From: Pavona decussata
Lineage: Eukaryota
Assembly: GCA_977016875.1 (NCBI GenBank)
Contig: CDRNST010000037.1
Span: 744,001 to 808,000 of the forward strand
Reading direction: 5' to 3'
DNA: 64,000 nucleotides
Under the pieces are notes generated by a model, which was not told the origin of the DNA, ran no database searches, and was given only the letters and a program-made list of their open reading frames with translations. The position numbers and the translations under genes were made by a program. This document shows positions 1 to 11,800 of this stretch, piece by piece. Each line of letters starts with the position of its first letter. Within the stretch, counting starts at the first letter, position 1.

Positions 1-222
1 TATTCAGCATTATGTTACAATGTTACAAGTACTAACACTAATTACATTACTGCTGCATTTACAACAGTTCACAACTCTACACCTGGACTGCTAACAGTTA
101 CAGTACGGCGCATTAAGCACAATTTACAACAATACGTAAAATGCATATAAGCTTTTACATGTTCGTTACTACTGTTCATTATAATTAATAAACAAAAGTA
201 AAATCTGACATATCCAAAGAAT

Positions 223-245
223 TATTTAACAATTATTCCACGAGC

Positions 246-277
<32 letters not shown>

Positions 278-522
278 TTGGCGCTACGCGCCTCGTTAGC
301 TATACTCATCTCATATCCAACAAGCGTGAGTGGAATAATTGTTTTAGTAAAAACAATCAAGAAAAATTGCTAGATTTTGCTGATTTCGTTTTGCAAGAAC
401 AATTACAACACAATTTAATGGTCTCTATTTCTAGGGCATGGTATAATGGCTCATATACCATGGCCGCTAAGCCAATCAAATCGCTCGAATTGCATTATAT
501 AATGATCAAGTTTTTAATAATA
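223..522. mobile_element. Non-autonomous MITE-like repeat with internal palindromic segments
   Basis: Internal inverted segments (GTTGGATATGAGATGATAG vs CTCATCTCATATCCAAC) and AT-rich termini; ORF 262..561 is incidental. Confidence 0.55.
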
Positions 523-699
523 TACATTATACTAGTATGGATAATTCCAAATGAATCTTAATATACACTTTTACTTTTAAGACTTATTTTAACCGTCTTT
601 TTGTCTAATTTCATATAATTTAATTCAGTCTGCTTATCTTTGGTGAAAGAGAGAAATAACGAGCATAAAAAACAAAAGTCAATTATACTGCTTATAGAA

Positions 700-2187
700 A
701 CAAGATATCACCAGCAGTGTAAGGCAAACTGTAGATAGAAGAAGAGGTAACGCGACATGAGACTTAAACGTGGCTATGTAGCATTAAAGGAAAAGTTGCC
801 ATTTTTTCAAGAAAGCACTAGATTTGTAGTCACTACTTACAGAAATACAATAATTTAAATCTGATTTGCAACATTAACAATACTTTTTTCTACCAACATT
901 ACTTTCTATATTTACAATACTGACTGTATTTCATTCTTAATAATACTCACAATACCTGGCCTACTCACAATCGGTTACACTACTAACAGTATTTCCAATA
1001 CAATACAGTCTTTCTACAAGTCTTACTATACAACTTAATTACTTGCAAAACAAACAAGAATCTACCTGTTTTACGCCAATTTTGTAGAGAAAGTCATTGG
1101 TAGCTATTCGCTGTGGAGAAACTTACACTGGAAAGCTCTTGGTTTTGTTTCAGTTGTGCACAGAAAAGGAAGACGATAACTATTTTCCCAATTAATCTCC
1201 AGATTTCTAATAACCTCACCTTCCGAGGGCCATTTTCCTACACTTTTACAGAGGTTCATGCTTTTTTCTCAATACGGCATTTAATTTGTAAACCGCTTTA
1301 CAAACGTTCAAAGATAATAGACGCTTCCAGCTGTTTTTTTTTTTGTTTTGTTTTGTTTTGCATTATGGTTATTGAGGCCAGAACACTTTTTTCTAAAGTG
1401 TTTTAAGACTGATACCACTTTATAGCACTCTAGATAGTTAGTCTGAATTTTGTACTAAGCCTTGAAGGTAGCGTAGCTCATGAAATTCTGGTCTGCATCG
1501 AGTAAGTGCCTAACTTCTTTTACTCCTGCCTTAAACCACGATTTATAAAAGGACGGCCTGTTGTCAATCCTTATCAGGGAGTTGTGCCAAATTTGAATAG
1601 AATTGACATTTAAGTTCTCATCTCTATAATTTAAAGTGCTCCAGTATTCTATTGTCTCGATCAGGAATGGGTCAAAAAGATTGAGCAATGGAACATCTTG
1701 TAGTCTGAAATTGCCTAAGAAAACTAATTTGCCACCATGCTTTTCAAGATAATAGTCAAAAAATTATTTCCATTTTCCATGATTAGTATCGTCTAAATAT
1801 CCTTTAATCCATTTCATCATTAAGGATTGATTAAAGCTTTGGAAGTCGATCATTCTTAGCCCTCCTTTGTTATTAATCATTTCTGTTCTCTTGATTTTAT
1901 CTCTTTTACCATCCAAAAGGAAGTTGTATAGTAGTGAGTTTACTTCGTTGATAACTCCTCGTGGTGTTGCAAGAGAAGACAAGACATAAACTATTTTTGA
2001 TACAGCAAGGGACTTGAGGACTGCAATTTTACCCAGTGGAGTTAGTTTCCTAGCTGACCAGCTGCCTATAATTTTTTTGATTTTTTCAATTTTGCCAGCA
2101 AAATGTTAGTCAATGTCATTGACTCCTAGAGTCGAAAACCAAACGACCAGGGCATAGACTTTCCTCTCCGCCCAAGATATCGGCTTG
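700..2187 (-). mobile_element. Decayed L1/Tx1-like LINE ORF2 3' fragment
   Basis: ORF pieces 1764..1982 (LLYNFLLDGKRDKIKR..GGLRMID..WIK) and 1455..1688 (IWHNSLIRIDNRP.FYKSWFKAGV) match the post-RT region of L1/Tx1 ORF2; interrupted by stops and frameshifts; ends approximate. Confidence 0.75.
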
Positions 2188-2376
2188 TTTAATTAGTTAC
2201 AACACAGATGTTTATATAAATGGCATTAATTTTTATCAGTGAATTCAACTCTAGCCTTGCAGACACCTCGCTATTACAGACACCCCGATAATGGGACAGC
2301 AACTAAATTCCCAGAAAAATTAAATTACAGACGTTAACTGACATATGTTCCCGCTATTACGGACTCTCGCTATTAA

Positions 2377-2731
2377 GGACGGTGCCTAATAATAAAGAAG
2401 TATTTTTGTGCGGTTTATGACTATGCGAGAAAAGCAGATCTTAGCAAGGCCTATTGGAATCCAAAAAGAAAATTGGGGGTAACCAAGCATTTTTCAGAGA
2501 TAATTAAGCAACAATATTTCTAAAAAGTGCCAAAATATAAAGCAATGTATGGGAATTTTTTCAAAACTGAAGCTTTATCATCTCTGAAAAATGCATGGTT
2601 ACCCCCAGTTTTCATTTGGGATACAAACAGCACATGCTACGTTCTGTTTTCTCCTTATAGTTTTAAACCGCGCAAAAATGTTCCTGTATTAGCAGGCACC
2701 ACCCATAGGAAACCCGAGTATCTTGAGATGT

Positions 2732-2769
<38 letters not shown>
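2377..2769. mobile_element. TTAA-target MITE (Kolobok/piggyBac-type), nested in an older MITE (~2260-2825)
   Basis: TTAA at 2373-2376 and 2770-2773; terminal inverted repeat GGACGGTGCCTA...TAGGCACCGTCC; second copy at 7292..7689. Confidence 0.85.
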
Positions 2770-2773
<4 letters not shown>

Positions 2774-2850
2774 GGACACTAACTCGTAGTCCCGAAGGTG
2801 TCCACAATAAAGGAAGTTAACTGTTTTTCTAAACCAGTGTCTAAACGTAT

Positions 2851-2856
2851 TTTATT
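2851..2856 (-). promoter_or_regulatory. Candidate polyadenylation signal (AATAAA) of the RTK gene
   Basis: TTTATT on + strand about 70 nt downstream of the TAG stop at 2924-2926. Confidence 0.45.
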
Positions 2857-2923
2857 ATAATTACTTTTAATTTAACAACCGACTCGACCAGCGCCGGCTA
2901 GAGGTTGAAAACTGTAGTTTCTT

Positions 2924-5816
2924 CTAGTTTCGAACACTGGACCATTTTCTCCTGGTGGATACGTGTTTCCGTGGCTCAGTGGCTGGCTTTTCATTTTCAG
3001 CAGCTACTTCACCGACATCCTCAACTTTTGAATACTTAGCTGCATCGTACGCCGACATGTCCATCAGGTCCAGATACATCTGAAACATCAATAAGTGATG
3101 ATTTAGCCTTGATATTGAAATTTCTCTGAATCGCTCTGATTGGGCATTCTTTGTGTTAGAAATGAAGTTTCATATTTACTTTGTGATCTGAGGGCTCGAA
3201 TTCGCTATGCACGAAGCCTCGCTTTCATAACGAGGTTCAAAGCAACTCGGAAATTGCCTATTTTGTTTTTCCCATATTCATATGACAACTTTATTGCAAT
3301 TACTTGTATATTAATATGTCTTGATCATTCGGAGTAAGGAGTGGCGTATATTCACCTTAACCGTTCTCGAGAAACTGCCAAATTTTAGTAAGAAGAACTG
3401 TTAGATTGATTAGAAAACTACGTATCGGGTTTCATTTATTCCACACTGGCTCTCATGCCTTGTATGAAAATTGTTATTATTTCCTCCCTTACTCACAAAC
3501 CTTTTTTTCAATGTATGTTTGCATTCTCTGCCGAATGTTTTCAAAATGCGGGCGGAAGACTGGGTTCCAGCTCCAACATCTTTCCATCAAATGATACCTA
3601 AAAATAAATAGTTTGAATTCAGCAGCAGTTTGGTTGTAAGGTTTTCATTTCCTTCACAAATTTTTAAAGAACCATTAATCAATCTAATTACCAGGGGCTC
3701 TCGGCACTTCTTCTTACTTTCTGAAGCAAGAGAAGAGGGAACCTCGTTCCCAGGGTCTCTCCTCTTCACGTTTCGCCTGGGACGTAAAGAGGAGAGACCC
3801 TGGGAACGAGGTTGGAGAAGAGGAGAGGAAGAGAGTATTGATGGGCTGGTCATGTGGATCCCAGAGTATTGGAAATCACAAAAAATGATGCGAGGGAGGA
3901 GGCCGAGGACGGAAATTTGGAACAAACAAATGACTCTCCAAGGTTCGGGACAGAGCAGAAAAAAATGTGAATAAATCTACCCCAAAGAAAGATGTTGAGA
4001 GTGCAAATAAAAGTGCAATGTGTTGTAGCTTTGTAAATTACTTAGGGATGTTATGGGCTGTTTGTATGGAGGTTAGGGTAAGGGTCGTTTTTACCGAAAT
4101 AACCGGAATATCATTGAACCATTTGCTTCATCACACTCCGCAGGTACCATGCTACGCGGTTTATTTCTAACATTTGATTCCAAACGGAACAACTGTTTTC
4201 CTTATACAAATAGAAAGCACTCTAGAATTGCACTGTTCCATCTGACGAAAAATTCTCACCGGTTTTTTTCGTACGAATGGAAATCGTTCATTGTCTCTGA
4301 TTGAATCATGCATTTACAAATTGCCGGACAGTTGTAAACTGTGAAACTCACAGGGTGTCGTCGATGTGTGGTGGTTTTGGCATGCGGTAGCCATTTTGTA
4401 TTTCAATCATTGTTTTTCCTTCTGACCAGTTCGGATATGGGATGCCCCCTGTTGATTGTCAAAGACGAGTTACCTTCCTATTTTTTTTTAGCACTCTTGT
4501 CGTCATTCCTGTTCCTAACTTTGTGTCTTTCAAAGACACAAAACCGAACTACAAAACCCTACCTAGTAATACCAAATAGTATTGTTAAAGTTACTGCAAA
4601 ACAAACTTAGAAATAAATTTTATTGTTATATACCTAGACTTTTACTCAACAAAACGAGCACTGTGATCGGTTGAGTTTTGGTCACGTGCCCCTGATCAAA
4701 AACAAATGTTTCTCGACCGGAATACAATTCCACAGTTGTTGCCCTCTCAGTAAATTGCTCGTTTGCTTTGCTGTGATTGTTGAAGGGAAAGTCTAAATAT
4801 ATATTAAAGCACTTAATGTATGGTCCCTCGAAAAAATAGTTAGTTTTGTTTTCCCGAGAGTCCCAATGTTTTCCTCGACTTCGTCTCGGGAAACATCAGG
4901 GCTCTCCGGAAAACAAATTAAAACTGTTTCCCTCGGGACCATTCATTAAGTGTATATTATACTATTAATTAACATTTTCGCTTGTAAAATCATTAAAAGT
5001 TTTGAAGGCCAAAAAAGTATATAAATTGTTATGAAAAGGACTATTCAGTGATCTTCAGGGTGATATTAAAAATAAAATGCAGGCGTCGCTAAAATTATAC
5101 TGCGTTATTCCAAGTAGGAGTAGTTTTGGGATGAAACAGTGTACCTGAGTGTTCAATGAAAGCCATATTTGGCTAATTAGTAGGCCCTCGCGAGGATCTT
5201 GCAGTGTAGTTTAACTTTGCTGTAACTGATTAAGTCGGCATAACTATTTTAATTGGCCATACCAGTAGATGAATCAGTTTCACTACTATATTTTATTTTG
5301 CGATGTAAGTCTTTTTGTGATGCCTAATAAAAAAAAAAACCATCGCCTACCAATGGTGAATATCTCGAAGAGGACGATTCCATATGACCACCTGTGAAGT
5401 AGAAATGCATATGAGGGATTAAACCTTTTCCAGCGCTCCATTCTTATCTTCATACTTATAAAATCATCACTTTGTTTTAACTCTGGAGTGTGACCTTTGA
5501 ACAAGCATTTGGGCCGTACCGTTTGTCTTTGTTACTTTTTATTATACTTTTCAAGGTAGTTCTGTTAGTATGAGTTCAATATAAATCTTAATCTTTTTTT
5601 CCCATTTAGCTTTTGTAGCCTTATAGGGCAAGGCGGACACACCACTCCCAAATCTCCGTAAATCTGAGCGTAAATAAGCTATGACAATGAAACCTGAGGG
5701 GCTGCGATAGTACGACGTGTAACGTTTTGAGGACGCCAACAGGAACTCATGTTGACGTCATAAAAAGTTTAAAATCCGCCATCTTTAATTCTGTTGTTTT
5801 TGTTTGTTGTTGTTGT

Positions 5817-5869
<53 letters not shown>

Positions 5870-7581
5870 TATTCAAAAACTTCAAAAAGCACATAAATGA
5901 AGTGAAAGGAAATTAAAACTAATGAAATATCACGAAAATGTAGTAGTTACAATGAGGCTTGGGGCTGCTCTTCCTCTTGGTAGCTGAATTAATTGTAAGT
6001 CGGTCAGAAGCCCATGACCTATAGCCACTAACTCTACTACTTAGCCTTGGAGTCAACCCTTTCCAGAGAAGATTTATTTTTAGAACGGGTCTCAGGGGAC
6101 CTTTAGAAGCGCCCCCAATTGAAATACCCAATCAAAAAATAGCCGATGACAGTTCAATTGTCATACGTCATACCTTTACACGGGAAAAGCAGTCTAAAAA
6201 TAAATCTACTCTGGAAATGGTTCACTTGAGGCTTGATACAGATAGAGGCTCCTAATCATGGACTCCTGAAGTGGTTTATTTATATATATTAAATTTACAT
6301 ACACATCACTTTTGATGGATAGTTCTGCAGGATTTCCAAAGAGAATCTCAGGTGCTGTCCATTTAATTGGCATACAACCCTACAAGCAGGCAAGCAAGCA
6401 AGCAGCATCTAAGTTATTTTATATACCTGGACTGAAGGTTATAAATAACCTAATTGAAAGTCTTTTCAGGCGTGAATCAACGTTTCATAACTACAACGTT
6501 TTCCATTTGTATTTCCAGTGAAGCGTGGCAATAATTCTTTCAGATATAAAAAGACCGCTTCCATGAAGATAACAGTCTGTTTTTGAAAAATCGGCAGGTT
6601 ATTCAGTGTCATGTAGCAACAGTTCAGACCGCAGTACTGTAAATTTGAAACCTCTACTTTCAAATCGTGTTCAAACATAAGGCAAACAAATTATTTGCTT
6701 TAAGTCCAGTGTACCTTTTTTGCGTTGCCATGTCCATATTTGAAGTTCTGATATGCTAGACCAAAATCTGTCACCTTGCATACAAAGTTTCGATCCAAGA
6801 GGATGTTTCGTGCTGCTAAATCACGGTGGACTATCTACAAAAACAAATATCATAACAAACGAAATTAATTTTGGGAAGAATTTTAAATATTTCTTATATA
6901 TATTTCTCAAGTATATTAAATTTTTATAGAATCTCTAAATGCCCGTTTAAACGGTTTCTACATTTGCCCAACATTCGTCCAACAAAAGTTGAACGGATGT
7001 TGGAAATGTTGGATAAACGGAGTGTTGAGACGGTTTCAACGCCGTTCAACATTTTCATAAACAAAGTTAAAATAAACATACCCCTCTGGATCCAAGAAAT
7101 ACCATTCCAGTAGCAATTTGTTTTGCAAATGAGACCAGATCATATGTTGTCAGCTCTAAGATACCACCCTCTCCAAAATGATACTTGTCAACAATTCCTC
7201 GGCTTTTTCTCAGATAACCAAGCAAATCTCCAGACGCCAGGTACTCCATGATGAGAATTGGGTGAACTGTGAGCAGAAAAGCAGTAGTTAAGGACGGTGC
7301 CTACTATTACAGAGGTATTTTTGCGCAGTTTATTACTATGCGGGAAAAGCAGATCCAAGCAAGGACTATTGGAATCCAAAAAGAAAATTGGGGGGAAACC
7401 ACGCATTTTTAAGAGATAATTAAGAAACAATAATTCTAAAAAGTGATAAAATACAAATCAATGTATGGCATTTTTTTTTATCAAATTGAAACTTTATTAT
7501 CAGTCTGAAAAATGCATCGTCCCCCCCAATTTTCTTTCTAAATACCAAGAGCACTGGCTAAGTTCTACTTTCCCCGCATAG

Positions 7582-7614
<33 letters not shown>

Positions 7615-8823
7615 GGCACCACCCATAGGAAACCCGAGTATCTCGAGATGCGCAGAACGTATGCGCAGTAACAAAAGTAGGCCTCTTCCTTAAATGTTAT
7701 TATACATTGGTGCCCTTACTTGTGTACTTATGAGTTCAAACCGGCACTGCCGGCCTTCAAGACAAAATGCTCGGATAGTGCGGGGTTATGCTGGCCCAGA
7801 ATGCTATTCAAAGCTGGCATGGCACTGTTTAGTTCTTATCTTTTAGTAATGGGCTCCACTGAGTGACTTAAGAACTATTGGAAAGGCTCCGTGGAAGTGG
7901 GCATCTGAGTATACCCCCTAAAAATGCACTCTCGGTCAATAGTCTCATTGCTAACACTTTGGCAAATCTCTGTGAATCGGCTGAGATATATAACAAAAAT
8001 AAAACAGAAAGAAACAAAGAAAGAAGCAAGAACCATTAAAGAAATGCATCTCCTTACGTTGTGTTGTAACACATCCAATAAAATTGATAATGTTTGGCTG
8101 AGGATTTTCTCCAAACATTTTTCCCAACTCGATCTCTCTCATAAGCGCTTTTCTTCCATCCTCTCCAGCAGTGGCTACGAAATAGAAAATAACAGAGTTA
8201 ACTCGGATAGGTAAGATGGCCAATACGTCGCATAGGATGCACCCCAAACAAAAACTGTACCATTATTTTCTCTTTTGTGATGTGTTCGGCGGTGTTGCTT
8301 TGTATTGCGTGCGGTGTGCTGTTGTGTTGTGCTGACGTGTTCTTCTGTATCAACGGAAACTCCAAAAGCAAACACGGTGTACATAGATAATATGAAGGAG
8401 AGTTAGTTCAACAGTCGGATTGTTAAAGGGACTCTAAAAACGTCTGAAGTTCAGGTTAAAAACCAAGAGTAATGCACAGATATCACTAACCACTAACTAA
8501 AAAGGAAAATTAACACACCTGGACAGCACAAGTTAATTAATCGTTAACAATTTTTGTAAGCTTTCTAAATTAAATGAACCTTACGTCATCGATATTACAA
8601 TTAGTTTAGAAATTAAACAGAGCGGTTCTTACGTGTAAAGCACTTCGCTGCAACAATACGTTTTCCGAATCCTCCAGTTGGTTGACTCAAAGTTGCTCGC
8701 CAAACTACTCCATATGCCCCAGAACCTATGACCTCTCGCAGTGCTATACGGTCACGTGAAATCTCCCATTCATCCACTTCACAGTTCCACTCATCCATCT
8801 CGTATCCTTGGTTTTCATTATGC
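2924..8823 (-). CDS. RTK cytoplasmic region: tyrosine kinase domain and C-tail (9 exons)
   Basis: GSGAYG loop, VAAK, LMREIE (alphaC), [27 protein letters not shown] and VTDFGL (6834-6715), [13 protein letters not shown] (6379-6303), [26 protein letters not shown] (4448-4352), LMERCW..PVFRPHF (3597-3501), tail MYLDLMD...SSVRN*. FGFR/RET-like type. Confidence 0.93.
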
Positions 8824-11800
8824 CTTGATGATGTTCAAACAGAAAAGTTCGTACCTTCATCAAAATACTCTGCTGACATTATATGCCTTAATCAGTTGCA
8901 TATTTTATTTTCATCATTCGGATATAGATTAAATTGAATGCATCTGTAGAAACGAAAAATCACTGAAGTGATTTCAAAAGGTTTTCCATGGTCAAGAAAA
9001 GTGCTATTAAACCAATATGAGGAAGGAATTGATTAGTAGTCAAAACAATCATCTTTACTTTTATTATCAGCTTAGCTTGGTACTCCAAACATCTGTCTTT
9101 TGTCCGCCGCGCGTACCCTGTCTGTTCAATGAGCCCGCACGCGGTCGGTTTCATATTCAATGGGCAAATGGAAGAAACCTTTTCATCTGATTCCTTTTCT
9201 TTCAAAACCTCTTCCCTGATAACAAGTGCGTTAATACCACCTACTAAAGGTAATTTCAATAGATAATTGAAAGTCATTTCACTTACTTGATCTCCCGCTT
9301 GGCCTTGCCTGTGTTCCCCGGAATGAAGTGAATCAAATAAAACTAATCAGATACTTGGAAAGGGAGGGTTTGATTTGTCACGAAAAGAAAAACAGCATTT
9401 ATAGGACAGTCCACACTACGGGTGCCTTCTATTCGTCAGAACTGGCCGGCCAGACTAGTCGGTCCGTATATAGATTGTCAGACCAATTTGAAGGATTGTA
9501 GATTCTTCGAATTCTTCAAAATGACATATTCTGGGAGAAGCGAACGCCATTTTGAAGCAATTTAATAAAGTAGTTAATAAACTGTCCTTTAAATGGGTGC
9601 ATTTCGTTTGAGAAATAATCTAACTGGCTGGCCAGGTCTGACAAATGGAAAGCGCCCAACGACTATCGAGATTATTTAATTAAAAACAACCACGGCCACA
9701 TTGGTGGGAGAGTATATTGGAAAGGGATTCGTCTGGCCACTTTGGAGTCCATGTTGATCACTAGACCGAGGAATTGATGGTCAATGTCAATGTACATGTT
9801 TGTTTCCATAATATAAATGCTGGCAGTGCGTAAAACGTGTTTTTCGTTTGGTATTGAACTTGTGATGACTTGCCTTCCTTTCTAGCATTAAATTACATCT
9901 TACTATTGATAATAATGATATTGTAAATTTTAGCTTACATTTTCTGCACATTGCAAATATTTCCTTGTCAATTTTTATTGTAAATGTTTATTGTAAATGT
10001 TAAGTCTATAAAATTTTAACACATTGTAATTAATATAATATGCAAAAATGTGTCTTTTTTGGGGGGGGCTCGGGCTTTCACGGTGGCTTTCGCTGGTTAT
10101 TGCAGCTCTGAAGAGTGGTTTCCATACCTTTCTTTCGACGTTTGCAAATGTACCAGGTGAGTAATGTAAAAACTATCACAGCCAACAAAGGACCAACAAT
10201 GAAGTACCATCCCAGTGTCGTTCCACTCAGGGAAGGAGTATCTATATCTGTAAAGACAAATGACTTGAATTGCAAATGAAATTCAAAAATGACTATTCAC
10301 TTGTCTTCTTAACCAATTTTGATTATATCGAATCTGGTGCTAGCTTTAAGAGCTTGTGGATGAAAACGTACAGTAGGGTAGAGTGTAGAGATGTCTTTTT
10401 CTGAGACACTATAAAAGCTGATCTCAACTTCCCCCACCCCATAGAGCTCGTTACATATCTTTGGTTCCCCAGGGATGCATTGAGAAACTGCCAATGGACT
10501 CAGCGTGTCCAAGGATCTCCTCTGAGGCAACTTTGGTGCCTCCCAAGCGACCACAGGCGAAGCGAAGAAAAAAGCCCTTATAGGTGGGTAGAGAAGGCGG
10601 CTGATAAAAGTACAAATTTACTTGAGTTAGGTCGCTATTTCATAGACGAGTGTGTATAACAATATTCTGACCATCCCATCCTAATGCTTATAATCATCAC
10701 AAAAATCCAGACGAAGAAAGATTTCAACAAACACTGGTTACTGCCCATGTGAACTTTCCGTGGAAATCGCACAATCTATGGACACTTCCACGGATAAAAG
10801 TTCCTGTTGTCATAAAAGCGAAAAAATTATCACATAGATCTTCAAACTCTGGGAAAAGGTTTCCTCCTTACCATTTTCAGATTGAATTACTGGATGTTAA
10901 AAATATTTCATAGCACAAGGAAATTATACATCTGTCTGCCACAATTTACTTTCTAATGAGTCTTTAGTGCAGTGGGATTTAGGGACCTTTCCAGCTTAAA
11001 ATTTCACTTCTTAAGACCTAATTAAACTAAAATGACGAGGAGTACCAGATTTTGCCCTTCCGAAAACGCGCGTTTGAAAAGCTAGTCGATTACTGTTCGC
11101 TCTTGTATGTTAAGCGCCTTACATTGTTTGATTTCCACGTGGTGCTCCTGCTCAACTCTATAAACTTATTAATTACTTGATCATAAATTTAAGTAAAATC
11201 AGGTGATGTAACTGAAAGGGTTACACGTTGCTTCACAACTATAAAGTTAACTTCTCTGAATACCTGCATCGCAGCCATACAGCTCTATCCTCATTCCAAT
11301 ATGAGTCTCCCATTGTACTGGTAGTATCCTGACGTAACGTGTTTTTATTGGTGGGTTTATTCCGTTGTACTCAATATGGTCACTATCTGTATTTCCATCA
11401 AACACCTACATAGAAAATTTCCGATCATTTGCTTATGATCATGACCATGTCTATGNNNNNNNNNNNNNNNNNNNNNNNNNNNNNNNNNNNNNNNNNNNNN
11501 NNNNNNNNNNNNNNNNNNNNNNNNNNNNNNNNNNNNNNNNNNNNNNNNNNNNNNNNNNNNNNNNNNNNNNNNNNNNNNNNNNNNNNNNNNNNNNNNNNNN
11601 NNNNNNNNNNNNNNNNNNNNNNNNNNNNNNNNNNNNNNNNNNNNNNNNNNNNNNNNNNNNNNNNNNNNNNNNNNNNNNNNNNNNNNNNNNNNNNNNNATT
11701 ACGTTGCTAGTGGGAACCAAGCCTTATTAAGCCCACCCTAGAGGAAAGACGATGAGAAGTTGGTTAAGGCTTACAGTAGTTCTATATACAAGACTGGCTA

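Noticed and set aside
262-561. 99-aa ORF (and similar ORFs 2527..2751, 7188..7430, 59310..59513, 63745..63993)
   Set aside because: They lie within MITEs; no domain motifs or splice context.
7951-8000. HRDL-like motif (IHRDLPKC) at the end of ORF 7951..8247
   Set aside because: It is intronic, past the donor at 8058; the true catalytic loop HRDLAARN is in exon 6834-6715.
8824-8945. Stronger-looking acceptor (ttctacag) at 8944-8945 for the first kinase exon
   Set aside because: Phases 1 and 2 hit stop codons before the kinase frame; the acceptor at 8824-8825 fits the micro-exon phase.
11365-11730. ORFs spanning N runs (also 57767..58021)
   Set aside because: Artefacts of assembly gaps.
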